This document shows, piece by piece, positions 60,085-64,000 of a DNA stretch of 64,000 bases. Numbering within the stretch: position 1 is the first letter of the stretch; every line of letters begins with the position of its first letter. Source of the stretch: Mobula hypostoma (lineage: Eukaryota); the NCBI RefSeq assembly GCF_963921235.1, contig NC_086108.1, positions 18,662,001-18,726,000 of the forward strand, written 5' to 3'. A program made the position numbers and the translations under genes. Below the pieces are notes generated by a model. It made no database searches, was not told the DNA's origin, and saw nothing but the letters and a program-made list of their open reading frames with translations.

Positions 60085-63000
60085 CAACGGGAGTCCCCAG
60101 GCGAACCACCAGGCTTGTTCGGATTGTCTTGATGGAAATCTCAGATGAGGGAAGGGTCCAGGATGAAGGAGCAGGGAATCCAGGAGCATTCCTCCAGGTC
60201 GTATCCCTCCCAATCGACCAGGTACTGGAGACAGACACAAAGGGCTGACAGACACAGGTTTCATTTGGGAGATATGGAACGTGGGATGAATGTGTATAGA
60301 TCTAGGCAGTTTGAGTCTGACTGCCGAGGGGTTGATTATGTTCTCAATTTTGAATGGTCCCAGGTAGCGAGGGGCGAGTTTCTTGGGTTCATTCTTGAGG
60401 GGGATGTCTTTTTACGAGAGCCAAACCTTCTGCCCAGGCCGATAATTTGGTGCAGGAATTTGATGGCAATCGGCAATCCTCCAGTTGCGGTCAGCTGAGT
60501 GGAGCAGGGCCGCGCGTGCAACCTTCCAGATCTTGCGGCACTGGTGGAGATGGGCCTGAACAGAAGGCACAGCAATGTCATCTTCATGTGTGGGAAACAG
60601 AGGGAGCATTCGAAGGGAGATATTCCGGTGACAGTGCTGACCAGGGAGTTATGGGTGTACTCAACCCAAACGAGATGGGTGCTCCAGGATGAGGGGTTGT
60701 TGGCGGTTATGCAGCACAGTGCTACTTCCAAATCCTGGTTTCCTCATTCAGTTTGACCATTAAGTCTGCGGATGGAAGCTGGAAGACAGGTTTACTGAGG
60801 CTCCAAGGGCTTGACAAAAGGATCTCCAGACTTGAGAGATGAATTGGGCACCCTGGTCAGAAATAATGTCAGAGGGAATACCATGAAGGCAGAAGATGTG
60901 ATGAACAAGGAGGTCGGCTCTCTCAAGGGCTGTGGGGAGTTTGGGAAGGGCTACGAAGTGCACAGATTTGGAGAAGTGGCCCACCACGGTGAGTACAGCA
61001 GTGTTCCCATGTGAAGTGGGTAGCCCAGTAACGAAATCCAGCGCAATTTGAAACCAGGGGCAACTAGGGACAGGTAAGGGATGAAGCAACCCAGCAGGTG
61101 TTCGGTGGGAGGCTTTTCCGCGGGCACAAACAGGACAGGCAGAGACGAAGGAACGGGTGTCAGTGTCCATGGAGTTCCACCAGAAATGTCTCTTCAAAAG
61201 GGACAGAGTTCGGTCACTTCCGGGATGGCAGGCGAAACGAGAAGTGTGCCCCCACTGGAGGACCTGAGACCAAACAGAGTCAGGCACGAAGAGGCGACTG
61301 GGGGCCCCTTGCCTGGGTCAGGTTGAGTCCACTGGGCCTCTTTGACTATGGATTTCGATCTCCCAGATGAGGGCGGCCACTACACAGGATTGTGGAAGGA
61401 TGGTCTCGGGATTGGGAAGGCCCTCCTCGGAGACGTATTGACGGGAGAGAGCATCAGGCTTCCCATTCTTGGACCCCAGATGATAGGTGAGTGTGAATCT
61501 GAAACGGCCAAAAAATAATGCCCAACGGGCTTGTCGAGAATTCAGGCATTTGGCGGTTTGGGTGTATGCGAGATTCTTGTGATCTATCCAGATGATGAAT
61601 GGATGTTCTGCTCCCTCCAGCCAGTGCCTCCATTCCTCCAAAGCAAGTTTGATGGCCAGTAACTCCCGCTTCCCTTCATCGTAGTTCTGTTTGGCGAGAA
61701 AAGAAGGCAAAGAGATGGAGTTTTTGGTCTGGGCCGGAGAGTTGGGAGAGGACTGCTCTCACCCCAGAGTCAGAAGTGTGGACTTCCACAATAAACTGAC
61801 GAGAGGGGTCAGGTTGGACCAGGATGGGAGCGGAGGTGAAACGCCTCTTCAGCTCCGAGAAGGCTGAGTCCGCTTCGGGGTCCCAGTGAAAAGGGGTCAG
61901 TGAAAAGATGAGTTGAGTAATGGGCGCTGCCACCCGGCTGTAATCCCTGATGAAGCGATAGTAGAAGTTTGCAAACCCCAGAAGAAACTGGAGTTGCTTG
62001 AGTGTCATGGGTTTTGGCCACTCCACCTCTTTTTGGGATCCGCCCTCACTTGCCTGCTCTCGATGATGTACCCTAAGAAACTGACAGAAGGGACATGAAA
62101 CTCGCACTTCTCAGCCTTCACGAATAGTTTGTTCTCCCAAAATCTCTGCAGAACCTGACGGACATGGTGGGTGTGTTCCTGAAGACTGCGGGAGAAGATT
62201 AAGATGTCATCCAAATAAACAAAAATGAAACGGTTAATAAAGTCCCTAAGGACATCATTTATCAGGGCTTGGAAAACGGTGGGGGCATTGGTGAGATCTA
62301 ATGGCATGACCAGATATTCAAAATGACCGAGGAGGGTGTTAAAAGCTGTTTTCCACTCATTTCCCTCTCTTATCCTGACCAGGTGGTAGGCACTTCGTAG
62401 GTCCAACTTAGAGAAGATGGCGGCTCCGTGAAGGGGTTCGAAAGCAGAGTTGATAAGGGGCAGCGGATAGTTATTTTTTATGGTTATGCTATTCAGGCCA
62501 CGGTAGTCAATGCAAGGATGCAGTGAGCCGTCTTTTTTCCCCACAAAGAAGAACCCTGAGCCTACAGGGGAAGATGAGGGTCAGATAATGCCAGCCGCGG
62601 GAGAGTCATTAAGGTAAGCCTCCATTGCTTCCCTTTCTGGCCGGGACAAGTTATACAGCCAACTGGAGGGTAGAGGGATTCCGGGGAGAAGGTCAATTGT
62701 GCAATCGTAAGGGCAGTGTGGAGGCAGGGAAAGAGCCCGTTGTTTGCTAAAAGCTTCTCCCAGATTGTGATACTCTGCTGGAACCTTGGATAAATCGGGG
62801 GTTTCAGCGGCAGATGAGGTCACGGTGACTTTCACAGGGGAAAGGGCCGATTGTAGACAAGTGGATTGCCAGAACAGACTCCAGCTGACTATCTTCCCGG
62901 TGGACCAGTCAATGTGGGGATTATGGCGGCTTAACCAGGGGTACCCAAGAACTATAGGAGCTTGAGGAGAGGAAATTAAGTTAAATTGTACCTGTTCCCA

Positions 63001-63295
63001 ATGGTTCCCGGACAGAATAAGAGACGGGGTGGTGTGCAGTGTGTGACTCGGGCCAGGAGTCTACCGTCCAGTGCCCAGGCTTCCAGAGGACTCCCGAGGA
63101 ATTCCGGCCCGGGAAGCTATGTTTTCATCCAAAAGGTTTCCCTCAGCCCTGGAGTCCACTAGAGCTGACAGAGGCAGGGACTGTTGGTTGTAACGTAAAG
63201 TAGCTTGGATTTGCATCCGGGTTCGGGGGATGGAAGGGAATGTTGTCTGGCTCACCAGGGTCCCCCTTTCTACTGGTGAGCCTTCCCTTTTGGCC
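60085..63295 (-). pseudogene. Gypsy pol (protease, RT, RNase H, integrase, chromodomain) with many frameshifts and stops
   Basis: ALVDSRAEGN (PR); [23 protein letters not shown] (RT); [17 protein letters not shown] (RH); H-H-C-C zinc finger, [17 protein letters not shown] (IN); YLVDWEGY (chromodomain). Confidence 0.93.
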
Positions 63296-64000
63296 AAAGG
63301 GGGCAGGTAGCACGGAAGTGGCCGGACTGGCTGCAATAGAGACACTCCCCCACTCTCAATCTCTGGAGTCGCTCTGTGGGAGAAAGATGGTTTCATCCCA
63401 GCTGCATGGGTTCCTCTCCCGGGGCAGTGGAAACGGCCGGGCTGGGAGCTATTCTAGGAGCAGGAGGAAAAGAGAGGCTTGTGCTGGTGGGAGACGGTAA
63501 TAAGTCCCATGGAGTGGCCAAAGGTGGTGGACGACTAGTTCTTTCCTTACAGCGTTCTTGAAGATGATTGTCCAACCTGGTGGCTAGGGAGATCAAGGAA
63601 TCCAGGCTTTCGGTGTCATCCCTTGCCGCCAACTTGTCTTTCACCATGTCGCTGAGACCATTCCGAAATACCTCTTGGAGTGCCTCATCGTTCCACCCCA
63701 AATCGGCCACTAACATCCAGAACTCCACAGAATATTCCGCAACACTGGGTGAGCCCTGATGGAGAGTGAGTAGATGCTTAGCAGCATCTTTACCATGAAT
63801 GGGGTGGTCAAAGATCTTTCTCATTTCCGCGATAAAGGTGGGGAAAGAAGAGCAGATATCTCAGTTGACTATCCCAAACAACTGCAGCCCACGCTAAGGC
63901 ACTTCCCCACAACAACCCCAAAGCTATCTTTGACTTATCCATGGAGTACGTGGATGTCTGCTGTTCGAACACCAAGGAGCATTGCAGAAGGAAGGCCTGG
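63270..64000 (-). pseudogene. Gypsy gag (capsid + CCHC zinc knuckle), partial
   Basis: [55 protein letters not shown] at 63270-63272. Confidence 0.9.

Larger units (their letters stand above)
59601..64000 (-). mobile_element. Gypsy/Ty3 chromovirus (Sushi-like) LTR retrotransposon, decayed; 5' part outside the window
   Basis: Order gag-PR-RT-RH-IN-chromodomain, then PPT and 3' LTR. Confidence 0.96.

Noticed and set aside
59601..64000. Domesticated Sushi-derived gene (PEG10/RTL-like)
   Set aside because: LTR and PPT retained, multiple frameshifts and stops, and inserted in a CR1; a decayed provirus

Overview
Eukaryotic, repeat-dense DNA with no host gene I can support. The repeat families (CR1 LINEs with zinc-finger/SGNH ORF1, HE1/V-SINE-like SINEs, Penelope-like GIY-YIG elements) suggest a cartilaginous fish, probably a ray; this is inference. 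The window is a nested stack of CR1 copies from several families, one with an intact ORF1 (35469-36404). It also holds Penelope-like fragments with 12-13 bp TSDs, a decayed R2/Hero-type RLE retrotransposon, Tx1, RTE and Rex1/L2 fragments, two solo LTRs, hAT MITEs, a Tc1-like remnant, and a chromodomain Gypsy element running off the right edge. The most interesting signals are at RNA level. (i) Minimal, dimer-type hammerhead ribozyme motifs recur in the Penelope tails. (ii) A U_UUA_AAC/U slippery heptamer sits at all five visible CR1 ORF1/ORF2 junctions, and ORF2 follows in the -1 frame, AUG-less in two families. (iii) The Gypsy gag/pol junction has a slippery site plus predicted pseudoknot. 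(iv) An RTE-like SINE shows a degenerate HDV-like ribozyme topology. Boundaries of old repeats are approximate and identities are judged by eye.
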